Positions 1 through 13,551 are shown, counted from the stretch's first letter. The stretch: 64,000 nucleotides of DNA from Octopus vulgaris (GCA_951406725.2 OX597818.1:16554001-16618000); one strand, 5' to 3'. Program-made: numbers and translations. Notes: a model not told the origin generated them from the sequence alone.

Positions 1-117
1 CATCATCACCTCTGTCGCCAACGTCATTATCGTCATTGTCATCGTCATCGTCGTCATTATCATCATCGTCGTGGTCATTGTCATCGCCATCTTCATCCAC
101 TCTACCACCCCTCTTCT

Positions 118-119
118 TT

Positions 120-178
<59 letters not shown>
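118..178. repeat. (ATC)n microsatellite with degenerate 5' extension
   Basis: Perfect catcat run, with degenerate ATC/GTC triplets from position 1. Confidence 0.95.
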
Positions 179-401
179 TAACATCTTCATCATCTAATGT
201 TCATCTTTCTGAGTTGGCATGAATTTTCACAGATCTTTAAACTTGGCATCTTCCCAAGTTACCATGGGTTGGGCGAACCCTGAGAATGCAGCATTTTGCT
301 TACGATCCACTCCCACTCTCCCACGTTGATCTCAAATCCTCTCAATCTGTGAAGTTGTGAGGTTCAACATTCTGAGATCTTCAACAATTCTTACCATCAC
401 A

Positions 402-790
402 TAGGCGTAGGAGTGGCTGTGTGGTAAGTAGCTTGCTTACCAACCACATGGTTCCGGGTTCAGTCCCACTGCGTGGTACCTTGGACAAGTGTCTTCTACT
501 ATCGCCTCGGACCGACCAAAGCCTTGTGAGTGGATTTGGTAGACGGAAACTGAAAGAAGCCCGTATGTATGTGTGTGTATATGTTTCTGTGTCTGTGTTT
601 GTCCCCCCAACATCGTTTGACAACCGATGCTGGTGTGTTTACGTCCCCGTAACTTAGCGGTTCGGCAAAAGAGACCGATAGAATAAGTACTAAGCTCATA
701 CAGAATAAGTCCTGGGGTTGACTTGCTCGACTAAAGGCGGTGCTCCAGCATGGCCACAGTCAAATGAGTGAAACAAGTAAAAGAGAGTAT
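402..790 (+). mobile_element. tRNA-derived SINE family A (CORE-like), full length
   Basis: Pol III A/B-box-like head (gtggctgtgtggtaag...gggttcagtccc), CORE-like 'accttggacaagtgtctt' and a 'gaaacaagtaaaaga' tail. More than 15 homologous copies in the window. Confidence 0.9.
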
Positions 791-1200
791 CTCTCCCTAA
801 ATCTTCCTCTTCCATAAGTACTTTCTACTATCAACCCAATTATATTCATATCACTTGTCTCTATCAGTCTAATCATCTCACTTGCATAAATCAGCTGACG
901 ATGTCTTTCGTACCAAACCACTCTACTAGATCACTTGCACTCTTATTTCCAGGAAAATTGGTAGGTCAAACCTATGAGCCATATTCTGTTTCACTTCATT
1001 TCCAGCGTCTATAGACCATTCAATGTTCATGCTTTGCACTTGTCACAGTCATACATGTTTCAAATAGATTGCTTTTTTGGGAAAAACTTTTTGATGCCAG
1101 TATATACATTAGGCCTTTGAAACTCTCCGGTTCCTTTTTTTTAGTCCAACTACAATCATTAATACTTTCGTTTCAGTCACCTCTAGCATTTCATCTATCT

Positions 1201-1300
1201 CAGTGGTACTCGAAGTGGTGATCCACGGACCGGTGCTGGTCCGCGAACCATCAGCTGCCGGTACGCAGCGAGTTTCCAGAAAAGAAACATTATAAAATGC
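1201..1300 (+). mobile_element. hAT (Charlie-like) terminal fragment
   Basis: Starts 'cagtggtactcgaagtgg...cacggaccggtgctggtccgcg', typical of hAT MITE termini. Confidence 0.45.
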
Positions 1301-1349
1301 TTTTTTTTTGTTGTTGTACACGTTTCATTACGTCCTGTGCCCACGTATG

Positions 1350-1350
<1 letters not shown>

Positions 1351-1386
<36 letters not shown>

Positions 1387-1457
1387 GTATAGATGTAGGT
1401 ATGTACATATACGTATGAATATATGCACATATATATTATTCATATTGTATGTATATA

Positions 1458-1508
<51 letters not shown>

Positions 1509-1591
1509 ATATATGCGTGTGTGTATATATATATGTATATATATATATATATGTGTATATATATATATGTATGTATATATATATGTATGTG

Positions 1592-1623
<32 letters not shown>

Positions 1624-1625
1624 TG

Positions 1626-1659
<34 letters not shown>

Positions 1660-1690
1660 TGTATGTATGTATGTATGTATGTATACATGT
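1351..1690. repeat. Compound (TA)n/(TATG)n microsatellite
   Basis: Seen directly. Confidence 0.95.
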
Positions 1691-2060
1691 GTGAAGGTGC
1701 AATGGCCCAGTGGTTAGGGCAGCGAACTCGCGGTCGTAGGATCCCAGACCAGGCAGTGAGTGTCTATTGAGCGAAAACACCTAAAGTTCCACAAGGCTCC
1801 GGCAGGGGATGGTGGCGAACCCTGCTGTACTCTTTCACCACAACTTTCTCTCACTCTTTCTTCTTATTTCTGTTGTACCTGTATTTCAAAGGACCAGCCT
1901 TGTCACGCTTTGTGTTACGCTGAATCTCCCCGAGAACTACGTTAAGGGTACACGTGTCTGTGGAATCCTCAGCCACTTGCACGTTAATTTCACGAGCAGG
2001 CTCTTCCGTTGATCGGATCAACTGGAACCCTCGTCGTCGTTAACGACGGAGTCCCAACCA
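1691..2060 (+). mobile_element. tRNA-derived SINE family B
   Basis: Head 'gaaggtgcaatggcccagtggttagggcagcg'. Its 3' part is homologous to the minus-strand copy at about 45015-45330. Confidence 0.8.
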
Positions 2061-2616
2061 CACACACACATGTGCTATATTAAATCTCTGAGCGAAACAA
2101 ACAGTAGCAGTACTGAATCGTAACATATAATTGCCAACCAAATGTAGCGTCCTATACAGGACAGTGCTACTGATGTTTATAGCCCCAGGTATACATCTCT
2201 TCCAGCTGGCTAACGACACACATTCTGTATCCGATTAGTATCAGAACCTGTATTCACTAAAGTTATTTTCGATACTCTTACACTGCTGTTCTTCTAATTA
2301 AATCCTCAATTCTCTAAATCTTCTCTACATCAAAGTTGCTCTTCTAAAAATTGTTCTCTTCTCTAAATTCGCTATTCTCTCAATAAAATGTATTTTCACT
2401 TGTTAATCCCTCATCGTACCATTATCATTAGTACCATTAGTATTATATCAGTACCATTATATTATATTTGTGCACACTATATAACACTGCTACACTTATT
2501 TCTGCACTTGTGTATTCTGTTTAATTGAATAATTCTTCCTCTTCTACATAATCACCCATAGACTTCGCATCCCAGCTGTCGCCACCGGAACCACACATAT
2601 GAACCCAAAACGAGTG

Positions 2617-3696
2617 TAGGACAAAAGTCCCTAAGACAAAAGCCCCTCGATTATATTTTTCGGTTACTTTTTTTGTTTGCTTTTTTCCCCCACCTTTTTC
2701 TTGTTTCAGTCATTAAACTGCGGCCATGCAGGGGCACCGCCTTGAAGCATTTTTAGTTGAAAGTATCAATGCCAGAAATTTTTTTATTTATTTAACTGTT
2801 TCAGTTATTACACGACAGCCATGCAGGGGCACCACCTTGCAGAATTTTTAGTTGAATGTATCGACGCCAGAACTTTTCATTTTTTTTACTTGTTGCGGTT
2901 ATTAGACTGCGGCCATGCTGGGGCTTCGCCTTGAAGAATTTTTAGTCGCAGAAAAATTAGCATTTTAAAATTTAAATTTAAAGTCTTTTGTTTTCTTCTT
3001 TCAGCACTTACAGATTAATGAGAATGAGCTGACCTTTTGAACTTTCTCCAGCCGTTGAAGGGTTAACAGAATTATGGCTCCGAAGGTTAGTCATTCAAAC
3101 GTACTTCTTATCGTTTTTATGTTTCTATACATTTTTTGAAGTAAATGCTTTCCCTTTTGTTAGAATTCAAACAATATGTACATTGAGTAGTAAAGAGTCT
3201 TGTGTTCTGTTATTCTATTCTACTTATTTATTTTCGATTGATTATATTTTCTTTACTTAAAAATTGGAATTTTAGAAAGTAAAAGTTTTGGCACTGTCAT
3301 GCTTTTAGTTGTCAGAAGTGAAATATGAAAAATCTGACGTCAGACGTCAACTTCGTGTATTTACGTCGTCAAGTTTATACCTTCGTTAATTTACGTCTTG
3401 AAGTTTATAAATAAATACATTTCATTCCATGTTCTGTTTAAACTTTATAAATAAATATATTCTTGCAGTGTGTGTATATGTGGCTATATGTCTGACTAAT
3501 GTGTGTGTGTCTGTATTTATTGTATGTGTGTATAAGTAGTTATATGCTTATATTATCCATTATAGTAATATTTGTCTGTTGAAATCCGTTTTAAGGCGGT
3601 CAATAGTTTAATTAAAGATGTGTCTATACATGTATATATATATATATATATATGCATGTGTATATATACATGTGTATACATATATATGTATACACA

Positions 3697-3736
<40 letters not shown>

Positions 3737-3947
3737 AAATTAGAGAGTGGAGGGTTAGGGTTTAATTTTGTAGTATTAATTTATGTAATATTATTACCCT
3801 TACCCATTTAATACAATAGATGAACTGATTGCTTGACAATTTCTAACATCTATGTATTAATTTTTGTTGGTACCTATCTAGCAGTATATTGGATATATAT
3901 TATCCCATGGTGGGTTGAATTTTCAACCCCTATCTCATTTTATAACC

Positions 3948-3978
<31 letters not shown>

Positions 3979-4870
3979 AGACACATCTTTAATTAAACTA
4001 TTGACCGCCTTAAAACGGATTTCAACAGACAAATATTACTATAATGGATAATATAAGCATATAAATACAGACACACACACATTAGTCAGACATATAGCCA
4101 CATATACACACACTGCAATAATATATTTATTTATAAAGTTTAAACAGAACATGGAATAAATTTACACGCGTTTTGATAAATTCTACGGAAAGAAACGAAG
4201 GTGGTCGAGTGACGTCAAATTGACGTCACACTTTTTCTACTTTCCTCCTGACAACTAAAAGCATGACAGTGCCAAAGTTTTTTTTACAACCGCGATTTCC
4301 GTTTTTGTTTACGTGAAATTATTTTAAGAAATCATTTTTTTAAGATTTGTCTGTTATTTCTAGCACATGGAGAAACTTCTAGGCTTAACTTCATGTGCTG
4401 CTTGAAAGTCACCTAAAAAAGATTCTGGGGTCAATACATTCGACTAAAAATTTCTCAAGGAGGTGCCCCAGTATAGCCGCTGTCCAATTACTGAAACAAG
4501 TAAAGAGATTTTTTTAGAAAAAAAAAATCGAAGAATAACCAAAAAATATAACCCAGAGGGTCATAAAAAATTTTCAAGAGATTTTGCTTTTATTTCTAGC
4601 ATGTGGAGAAACCTCCTAGGCTTAACTTCATGCGCTGGTTGAAAATCCTTAAAACAAAATTCTGGGGTCGATACATTCGACTAAAAATTCCTCAAGGTGG
4701 TGCCCCAGCATGGCCACAGTCTAATGACTGCAACAAAAAAAAAAACTGAAAAATATAACCGTGGGGCTTTGTCCACTTTCACACTTTAAGTATAGGGCTT
4801 TTGTCCGAGGGGCTTTTGTCCGAGGGGCTTTTGTTTGTAGGGCCTTTGTCCAAGGAAACTTTTGTCCAGA
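2617..4870. mobile_element. Foldback-like element with GGACAAAAGCCC subterminal repeats and captured SINE tails
   Basis: Left 'ggacaaaagtccc..gacaaaagcccctcgattatattttt' is the reverse complement of right 'aaaaatataaccgtggggctttgtcc'. Tandem 'ggggcttttgtcc' at the right end. SINE-A tail repeats lie in opposite orientation in the two arms. Confidence 0.55.
3290..4273. mobile_element. Non-autonomous Merlin-like DNA transposon
   Basis: Perfect TIR ggcactgtcatgcttttagttgtcag / ctgacaactaaaagcatgacagtgcc. 8-bp TSD aaagtttt (3282-3289, 4274-4281). GG termini with an 8-bp TSD fit Merlin. Confidence 0.75.
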
Positions 4871-5924
4871 TCTTGCCCAAAACAGGCCTTCTGCGAGGTC
4901 TTTCGACCAACTAGAAATAGTAGTTAAATTTCTCCTGGTCCACAGCCTGCCGTCTCTGTGATAGGGATAGGAGATACAGTGCTTAATGTTTGCTGGGGTA
5001 GGCTATTTCTCACTGAATGGTGATAGTTTGAGTACCTTTGAGTTAGAGCCAACTTGAGGCCAAAAACAACATTCAATTCCTCTCAACATATATGCTGTAT
5101 TCTTTATATCCAGCCTATTTCTACTGTTCAGATTGTGCTGTTTATATCAACTTTTGGTATCTGTGCATGTGTATACACATCAAAGAAAGACATGCCTGTA
5201 CAGGAATCTTCCTTTCTGGATAATATCCTCAGGGATGGTATCGATTGCTGAGAATGTAGAACGTTGATTTTAAAGAGTATAAGTAAGTGCAAAACAAGTT
5301 TAAACTGAAGTGTTAAGAAAGATTAAGATCAATAGAGGAATCTTTAGCAGTGATAACTTATCTTTGTTGCTTTATAGCGATATGTGTGATACCTTTGAAA
5401 CTGCTACAAAAACTGAGTGAGGAAGTACTGTGAAAAGTAGCACATTTGATACATCAATGATTTAAAACTGTTTCTGCAATACACGATAATGTATGGATTG
5501 CCCACTGAGAATAATGTTAAACAATATATATTGCAAAGAGCATGGAACTGTATAAATAGCACTCGCACACGCTCTCTCTCTCTCTCCCCTTATAATCGTG
5601 CTAAATGACATCAACCTTTGTGATTTCACATCCCAATGAGAATATAATGTAGATAAGCAATGGAGGAAGCCTCCGTGCATTTGCTTGATCTGCAAAAAAT
5701 TGCAGCCAAATCGTCCTCAAATTTTAGTCTACTGAATTAAAAATTGTTAAATACATATGATTTAATACATATGAATTAATACTGATTATTGAAGGCCAGG
5801 CAGTAAGGCAAGATGATGACGGTAAGAATGCCGGTCAGATTATAAATTATGGATACAGAAATATTTCTCTCGGCACATGCGAACACTATAGAGACTGAAG
5901 CAGCATCTCTACACGAAACTATAG

Positions 5925-6125
5925 GCACAAAGCCTAAAATTTTGCGGGAGGAGGCAAGTTGATCACACCGACTCCAGTTCATAATTGGTATTTATTTTAT
6001 CGACCCCGAAAGGTTGAAAAGTAAAGTCGACCTAGGCGGAATTTTAAATCAGGACGTAAGGACGGACGAAATGTCGCTAAGCATTTTGCCCGATGTGCTA
6101 ACGATTCTGCCAGCTCACCGCCTTA
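5925..6125 (-). mobile_element. tRNA-derived SINE family C (diverged)
   Basis: 'tcgaccccgaaagg...aaagtcgacc..ggcggaattt...ctgccagctcaccgcctt', shared with many copies. Confidence 0.85.
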
Positions 6126-6148
6126 GAAGTCTCTATAATGAAAAATTT

Positions 6149-6520
6149 GCCGTTTTCGGATACGGAGATTCCGAAAATTGCCAAAAATCAGCATTTTGAA
6201 ATTTCTGCCCCCTACCCCCAATTTCTTAATTTTTCACCCTAACCCTAACCTTAACCCTAACATCCTAACCCTAACCCTAAAACCCTAACTCTAACTCTAA
6301 CCCTAACCCTAAAATCCTAACCCTAACCCTAACCCTAACTATATAACTTTTGGAATTTTTTTTCAGAATCATAATCTCCGTCTTTTCCCGCATATTTTGA
6401 AAAAAAAATTCTGAAAAATGTTAAAAGTGAAGAAATTAGGAGGGGTGGGGGTAATTTCAAAATGCCGATTTTTGCCAATTTTTTTTTGCAGATTCGTATT
6501 CTCCATAGCCGAAAACGGGC
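6149..6520. mobile_element. MITE-like element with about 90-bp inverted arms enclosing (AACCCT)n
   Basis: 'ccgttttcggatacggagatt...aaaatcagcattttgaaatt' versus 'aatttcaaaatgccgattttt...tctccatagccgaaaacgg'. Telomere-like repeats at 6236-6340. Confidence 0.6.
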
Positions 6521-6825
6521 GTTTGTGTAGAAAAAATTAAATTTTTAAAAAATGGGGTGCTTTGGGGGTGGGTACAAAAGGAAGTCTTGCTGAAAAATGT
6601 TTTTAAAGTCTTCCTAATATTTTGCAAGTTCCCACATAGACTCTGCCAAACAACATTATTTACAAATAATCCAGAAAAACGCACTTAACACCAATAATAA
6701 TACTGACGTCAACAGCAGAAATAAAAACAGAAAGTAGTATTATCTTCCTTCCCAACTTCACAGACCTTGAAAAATAATTTGAAACAAATGGTTCACACAC
6801 AAAATCAAACATTGTAAACATGATA

Positions 6826-7060
6826 TGAATCTAAAAATTTTGCAAAGCAACACTAACGGCATTAAAACTCCTTTATAGAATTAAAAGATTTTATCGTCAC
6901 GTAATTAATATAGCAATAATTCAGGAAACATACTATCAAAACAACGAACATTCACCATACTAAATTACACTCAGACCGAACTTGAAAGATCCTTTTATAA
7001 CGAGGCTAGTTATATAATTTACAGGAAAAATAGCCCTTGTATCCAATTCAATATACATCA
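6826..7060 (+). pseudogene. LINE (I/Jockey-like) ORF2 APE endonuclease N-terminal relic
   Basis: Translates as MNLKILQSNTNGIK...IAIIQET across frameshifts, matching the APE motif LxIxQWNxNG...QET. Confidence 0.55.
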
Positions 7061-7469
7061 CCAATATCATTTATAAACTAATCGAAAACCATACTGTTCT
7101 AAGAAAGCTGGTTTTCAAAATAAAAACAAACACAAAGTACATTGATATAATATAAATAACCACTTACATATGCGTACATACAACGTTACATAGTTACACC
7201 CATTTTCCATCCGAGTTGAAAGTTCGTGAAGCTCGACTTTGTCTTTCACTTTTTGGAGATAGATAAAATAATATCAGTCATGTTCGATGACTGATATAAT
7301 TAACTACCTTTCTGTGGTATTAGTTTAACGAATAACTTTATTGATGACTTCATCGATAAATGTGCTTTGGTGAGCCATTCGAACGTCGATCGCTGATTGT
7401 TTTGGTCGATTTATCCAGGTTAGGCGTCTCTACACTAACACACTATCAATGGTGTTGCTGTTCCCGAAA

Positions 7470-7800
7470 GCGCAGGAGTAGCTGTGTGGTAAGAAGTTTG
7501 CTTCTCAACCACATGATTCCGGGTTCACTTCCACTGCGTGGCACCTTGGGCAAGTCTCTTCTATAACCTCGGGCTGACTATCTATATAAAATATGTGTGT
7601 ACGCGCGCGTGTGTCCCACAACCGGTGTTGGTGAATTTACGACTCCGTAACTTAACGGTTCTGTAAGAGAGACCGATAGAGTAAGTACCAAGGTTAAAAA
7701 GAAAATAAGTACAGGGGTCGATTTGTTCGACTAAAATTCGTTAAGGCGGTGCCCCAGAATGGCCGCAATCTAATGACTGAAATAAGTAAAAGATAAAAGT
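7470..7800 (+). mobile_element. SINE family A
   Basis: Homologous head, CORE-like box and tail. Confidence 0.85.
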
Positions 7801-8465
7801 GTTATATGAGCGTCATGGGATTTTCATGGCAAAATACAAAGATAGTTTCTTGTTCCACCTTTCTGGATAATAATACATACAAAAACATCTGAAACGAAAA
7901 TATGAAAGTCTGTAACCAAGCATAATTGTTATACATCGTAATAATATGCATAGAATAATTAATTAAAGGACATTACAAATTGCTTTTTGAGTTGGTCATT
8001 TATATATGTGATTATGTCGTTACAATATATATAGTACAACTAACTGCTTCGAGAAGTAGTACAAAAGTTATTTGTTGATCTTAGGTCCATTCTGTATGAT
8101 AGTTTCAACTGCGAGATACTACTGAAGAGAGACAGAGTGAGTCTGGGTAAGCATCGTGAGAGTAAAAACGTATTTTTGCGCATTTACCAGCATACTGTGA
8201 GTTCTGTGCTCTTTGGCTAGACGCCGAATAACGTCTAGATAAGAGAAAAAACGTATTAGATGAGAGAAAGAAATCCCCTGTATCAGTTCTGATCCATGTA
8301 TATCTCGTGAAAGATCAAGATGTCAGTTTATTCTCATAGTGCAAAAGGAGAAAACAATAGGCCGATGACTTTTGGAAAAATGTATATTTGGTTTCAAATC
8401 CTAGCTTAGGTATTTTGGTAGTTTTTCGCTACACACACATCTCACTCACTCACTATCTATCTATA

Positions 8466-8670
8466 TGTGTGTGTGTGCGTGCGTGTGTGTGTGCGTGCGT
8501 GTGTGTGTGCGTGCGTGTGTGTGTGCGTGCGTGTGTGTGTGCGTGCGTATGTGTGTGCGTGCGTGTGTGTGTGCGTGCGTGTGTGTGTGCGTGCGTGTGT
8601 GTGTGCGTGCGTGTGTGTGTGCGTGCGTGTGTGTGTGCGTGCGTGTGTGTGTGCGTGCGTGTGTGTGTGT
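8466..8670. repeat. (GTGTGTGTGTGCGTGC)-type compound microsatellite
   Basis: Seen directly. Confidence 0.9.
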
Positions 8671-8877
8671 ATCTTTGTATACACACACGCATACGCACCC
8701 CCCACACACACACATACACGTTCCATTCATACAATCAAGTGCTCCCTGAGGATTGGTCTTGGTTAAGCATCTATATGCATTTAGAACATCTATAGCAGGG
8801 TTCCAAACAACTGTAAGGGTGAAACGGATGTAGGAACTTTAATACAAACATGTATTTATCCTTATTTTTCATATATA

Positions 8878-9401
8878 CGAGGTTTGGCAGAAAAGTTCAT
8901 AGGCTGACCAAGATGCACTCATGAACTCTTACGAAATAAGGCTTATTTATCAACATAGTTCCCTTTGCGGTCCACACACATCTTCCATCGGTGTTGCAGT
9001 GCTTGGATCCCATTGGTGAAGAAACTTTCAACCTTAGTGGTGAGAATTGCAGGACGTCCAGACGTTGGGTCGTCTTCAAGACTCACCCTTCCTCACTTAA
9101 ATTCAACTGCCCACTTTTGCACTGTTCCTAAAGCTGGAGCGTTATCCCCTAATGTAGCAACAATGTCAGTATAAATGTCCTTGGGAGTAAACCATCTTTT
9201 CTGCAAGTACTTGATAACAGCGTGATGCTAAACTTTGTCCATTTCCAAAAGAATTCACTAGCAGTTACTATTAAAGTCTTCTTTGAACAGTCGGATGTCC
9301 GTTTACCTGGAAAGAAACAATGCAATTATTAATAAGAAGAGATTAAATTAATGCATGCAATATTTCACTGCTCTAGCATCACTCCTTCACAGTCAGCCTC
9401 G
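8878..9401 (-). mobile_element. Internally deleted mariner-like element
   Basis: TA-flanked termini ta|cgagg... and ...cctcg|ta. The minus strand encodes a transposase C-terminal-like remnant (RWKMCVDRKGNYVDK). Confidence 0.65.
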
Positions 9402-10028
9402 TATATACAAAACATCAACTTGTCGGTTAGATGCATTTTCACCATACCTGTTTGGGCGCTCAGAACGTAAAGTGGAGTAAAAACAGCAAAGCATTTTGTC
9501 CATTGCTATAAAAATTCGTCAAAAGGCAAGGTTGAACTCAGAATGTAAAAATTATCTTTTTTCTAATGCTCTAAGCGACTCAGCCAATTCACTACTTTTA
9601 ATTGATTCCGCCACTTCTCAAACTCAAAGCCTTGCGTTAATGTTACAAATTATTTTTGTTATTTTGACTCTCTCCTAACTTCAAAGTCAATGAATATAAC
9701 TTGTCTGTAATTTTCTACAAAACTGTGCAATTCATTAATGTTCTTTGATATTATCTGTTTATATCACTTCTAAGCACATTGATATCACATCTAACCTTGT
9801 TGTTTGTATCACGTCTAGTCATGGCTATACAATTTTATACAGTCTCGAGGGATAAAATATACAGCAGAGATTTACGTTAATACGAATATTGAATATGTAC
9901 ATAAGTGTAGATACATGAAATTGGTTGTGTATATATTTCAATGAGTGCTTCTGTAAGCGAATTTGCATGAGTGTATATGTGTAGGAGAGAGAGAGAGAGA
10001 GAGAGAGAAAGAGCGAGCACTTCTTCTG

Positions 10029-10061
<33 letters not shown>

Positions 10062-10307
10062 ATGTGTGTGTGCGCGCGTGCGTGTGTGTGTGTGCGTGTG
10101 TGTGTGTATGCATGTATGTATTATGCATGTATGTATTTATATATGTATATGTGAGTGTAAGTGTATAAGTGTGTTCATCTGTCTATAAGAGTTTGTATGT
10201 ATGTATGTATGTATGTATGTATGTATGTATGTATGTATGTATGTATGTATGTATGTATGTATGTATGTATGTATGTATGTATGTCTCTCTGTATGTATGT
10301 CTATCTG

Positions 10308-10341
<34 letters not shown>

Positions 10342-10429
10342 TGTATGTATGTATGTATGTATGTGTGTGTGTGTATATGTGCGCGCATGTGTGTATTCAT
10401 GTATCAGTGATGTTATCTTAACCACCCAC

Positions 10430-10670
10430 TTTCCCCTAAACTCATACTGAATGCTTCACTCAGTCCTTTCTATCCTCAATGCCATTCCACTGGAAATTCC
10501 ATTCCATCTGCAATGTTGCTGCTGGTGTCAACTTGTACATGCTTTAACTGAACGTAAACTAACCATATTAATATCACTGGTCTCTGATGGCGTGTGAAGC
10601 GCTTGGGGATACGTCAACACTCCTGAGAGAACCATAACAAAACCATATTATTTGTTGTAAATAGTGGGTG
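10430..10670 (-). mobile_element. Probable RTE-clade LINE 3' fragment
   Basis: Degenerate minus-strand translation resembles an RTE ORF C-terminus. Weak. Confidence 0.3.
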
Positions 10671-11302
10671 CACATTGTTTAACATAATTTAATCCATAGG
10701 ACCTACCATAAAGCGGCGGGTGGTAGAATAGTTAGAGAATCGGGTAGAATGTTTTGCTGTAGTTATTTCATCTCTGTGCGCTGAGGTCAAATTAGCCTTT
10801 TATCCTTTTCGAGTTCGATAAATGAAATAACAGTTCAGGGCGTTGGGTTGTCAGAGCGTCGGACGAGATGTCTTGTGATATCTGTTTTGGCTCTCTACAC
10901 TGAAAAAAAATATGGGGGGGGGTTACTTCTGCCAGGAATCGCGACCGACAGACAGTATCAACAATGGAAAACAAAATCAATGGAAACTGTGTTTTTGGTT
11001 CGATCGAAAAATCGGCTGCCACCGTGTCACCTTTAGCAATAATTAATGGACACTTATCATAAATAATCCATCCTAAACTATTTGAATTGAATAACAAATC
11101 CTGCAATGACTGACATAATTTATAGATTCCATAATGCAAGACACGAATAATGGATCCATCTCTGCCAACTAATGAATGCTACATTGGTTGACATAACTAA
11201 TTGATGCAACACTACCTGAAATAAATAACGAATCCTACGCTGCCTATGATAACAAATTCAACCGACCAATGTCTGTATAGATTTATACATTCTACCTTGC
11301 CT

Positions 11303-11447
11303 AGGGCGTGGCTGTGTGCTAAGAAACGTACTTCGCAACCATGTGGCCATTGCTTCAATCCCATTTGGGCAAGTGTCTTCCACTAAAGCCCCGGGCTGAC
11401 TAAAGATTTGTGACTGCATTTGGTAGACTGAAACTGAAAGAAACTCG

Positions 11448-11484
<37 letters not shown>

Positions 11485-11977
11485 AATACACAGAGAAATG
11501 TATGTCTGCATGCATGTGTGTCTATGTTTTTGTTTGACTACCACCTCCGTTTGGCAACCGATGCTGGTTTGTTTATGTTCCCGTAGCTTAGCGGTTTCGA
11601 TGAAAGAGACCAATAGAATTAGTATCAGACTTACAAAATTAAGAAATGGAGTCGATTTGTTCGACAAAAGGCGGCAAGCTGGCAGAAACGTTAGCACGCC
11701 GGGCAAAATACTTAGCGGTATTTCGTCTGCCGCTATGCTCTGAGTTCAAATTCCGCCGAGGTCGACTTTGCCTTTCATCCTTTCGGGGTCGATTAAATAA
11801 GTACCAGTTACTCACTGGGATCGATATAATCGACTTAATCTCTTTGTCAGTCCTTGTTTGTCCTCTCTGTGTTTAGCCCTTGTGGGTAGTAAAGAAATAG
11901 ATTTGTTCGACTAAACCCTGCAAGCCGATTCCCAGCATGGTCGCAGTCCAGTGACTGAAACAGATAAAAGATAAAGT
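11303..11977 (+). mobile_element. SINE family A with a nested SINE family C (about 11666-11899)
   Basis: TSD 'gatttgttcgac' flanks the nested element (11654-11665 and 11900-11911). Confidence 0.85.
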
Positions 11978-12334
11978 TGCTTTTTTGACAGTTATAACAG
12001 AGGAATCCTACTCTAGCTCACATAATTAATAAATCCTACTTATTCTGATAATGCTACTATATTCAGTAATATTTGACTTAACTAATTTATTCAAAAATGT
12101 CTGCCGGAACTTATTAATCTTCTAAAACATAATCTTCGATAACTATTTCCAGAAGTAGTATGAGATAGAATGATCTGAATAGATTTTGTTATGTAACTAA
12201 ACAGAGTAAAGAGTGAGAGAAATGGTATTGGGCCTACGGTGGAGGTTGTAGATGAAACAATGAATTGTATATAAAATTGTTCTTTTCTACATAAATACAT
12301 ACATACATATATGTATATATCTATCCATCCATCC

Positions 12335-12471
<137 letters not shown>

Positions 12472-12496
12472 TATACATATACATACACACACGCAT

Positions 12497-12530
<34 letters not shown>

Positions 12531-12661
12531 GAGAGTATTGTAGTTCGCTTTAAGCATTGTGTATTATTTATAAAGAATAAAAAGTTTTGAATGGTACAAC
12601 AGTGCACTATAATACAAACAATGCGCTGTATACCTGTTGTAATTTAGTCATCCATTGTCTG

Positions 12662-12698
12662 ATGTGATATTTCGGAATAAAATTCCTTCTTCAGATAT
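12662..12698 (-). ncRNA. Minimal type I hammerhead ribozyme (PLE-type)
   Basis: Minus strand: auau-CUGAAGA-a-GGAAU(uuu)AUUCC-GAA-AUAU-C-acau. Perfect 5-bp stem II, palindromic stem III, weak stem I. Confidence 0.6.
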
Positions 12699-12726
12699 TC
12701 TTAGATGAAGTCGCTGCTATAATCGG

Positions 12727-12825
<99 letters not shown>

Positions 12826-12930
12826 TGTATGTATGTATACATATATATACTTACATACATACATACATACATACATGCATACATACATACATACATACAT
12901 ACACATAATACATTAAACGTCAGTTTCAAT

Positions 12931-12983
<53 letters not shown>

Positions 12984-13462
12984 TATGTTATTCAGCGAAA
13001 TTGGCGCATGATGGAGAAAATGTTCCGAATATAATCTTCATCCTGAAAGGGAAGAAACTCTTATCTTTCTATTAGACAGTGGTTTGACAACGCAAAAATA
13101 AAAACGATTTCTTTTCTTTTTTTTTTTTTTACAATTTCTATTTTCGCTTTTGTTTAACACAATATTTTAATCATTTACAAATATCTTTAAGTGAATGTTA
13201 TTTCAAAAATGTAAGCTGTTTGTACAGTAAATATGTATATTTTAGCATTCTTTAAACAGACAATATTTTAATGTTTTTAAAAATTATTTTCAAGTGAATA
13301 CCGTTTATAAAATTTTTTTGGTATATTCAAAAAATATTCTAAAGTCAAAATGACTTGAAAAATACGGTAGATATTTTGTAAAAGACCCGATCGTAACCTC
13401 AGAGTGAAATAGTATTTTTTTGAGTACATTCAACGTATCACCACTCCAAAGATTTGTCCGCT

Positions 13463-13551
13463 ATTTCTAGCACGCCCTGCTACCACGTAACAGCTATTTG
13501 CGATAAAGGACCCGAAATACCTGTTACGTGGTAGCAGGGCGAACAAGAAAT
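13463..13551. other. Long hairpin with a 21-bp perfect stem
   Basis: cgccctgctaccacgtaacag (13473-13493) pairs with ctgttacgtggtagcagggcg (13521-13541). Extra pairing tattt/aaata and atttct/agaaat. Confidence 0.85.
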
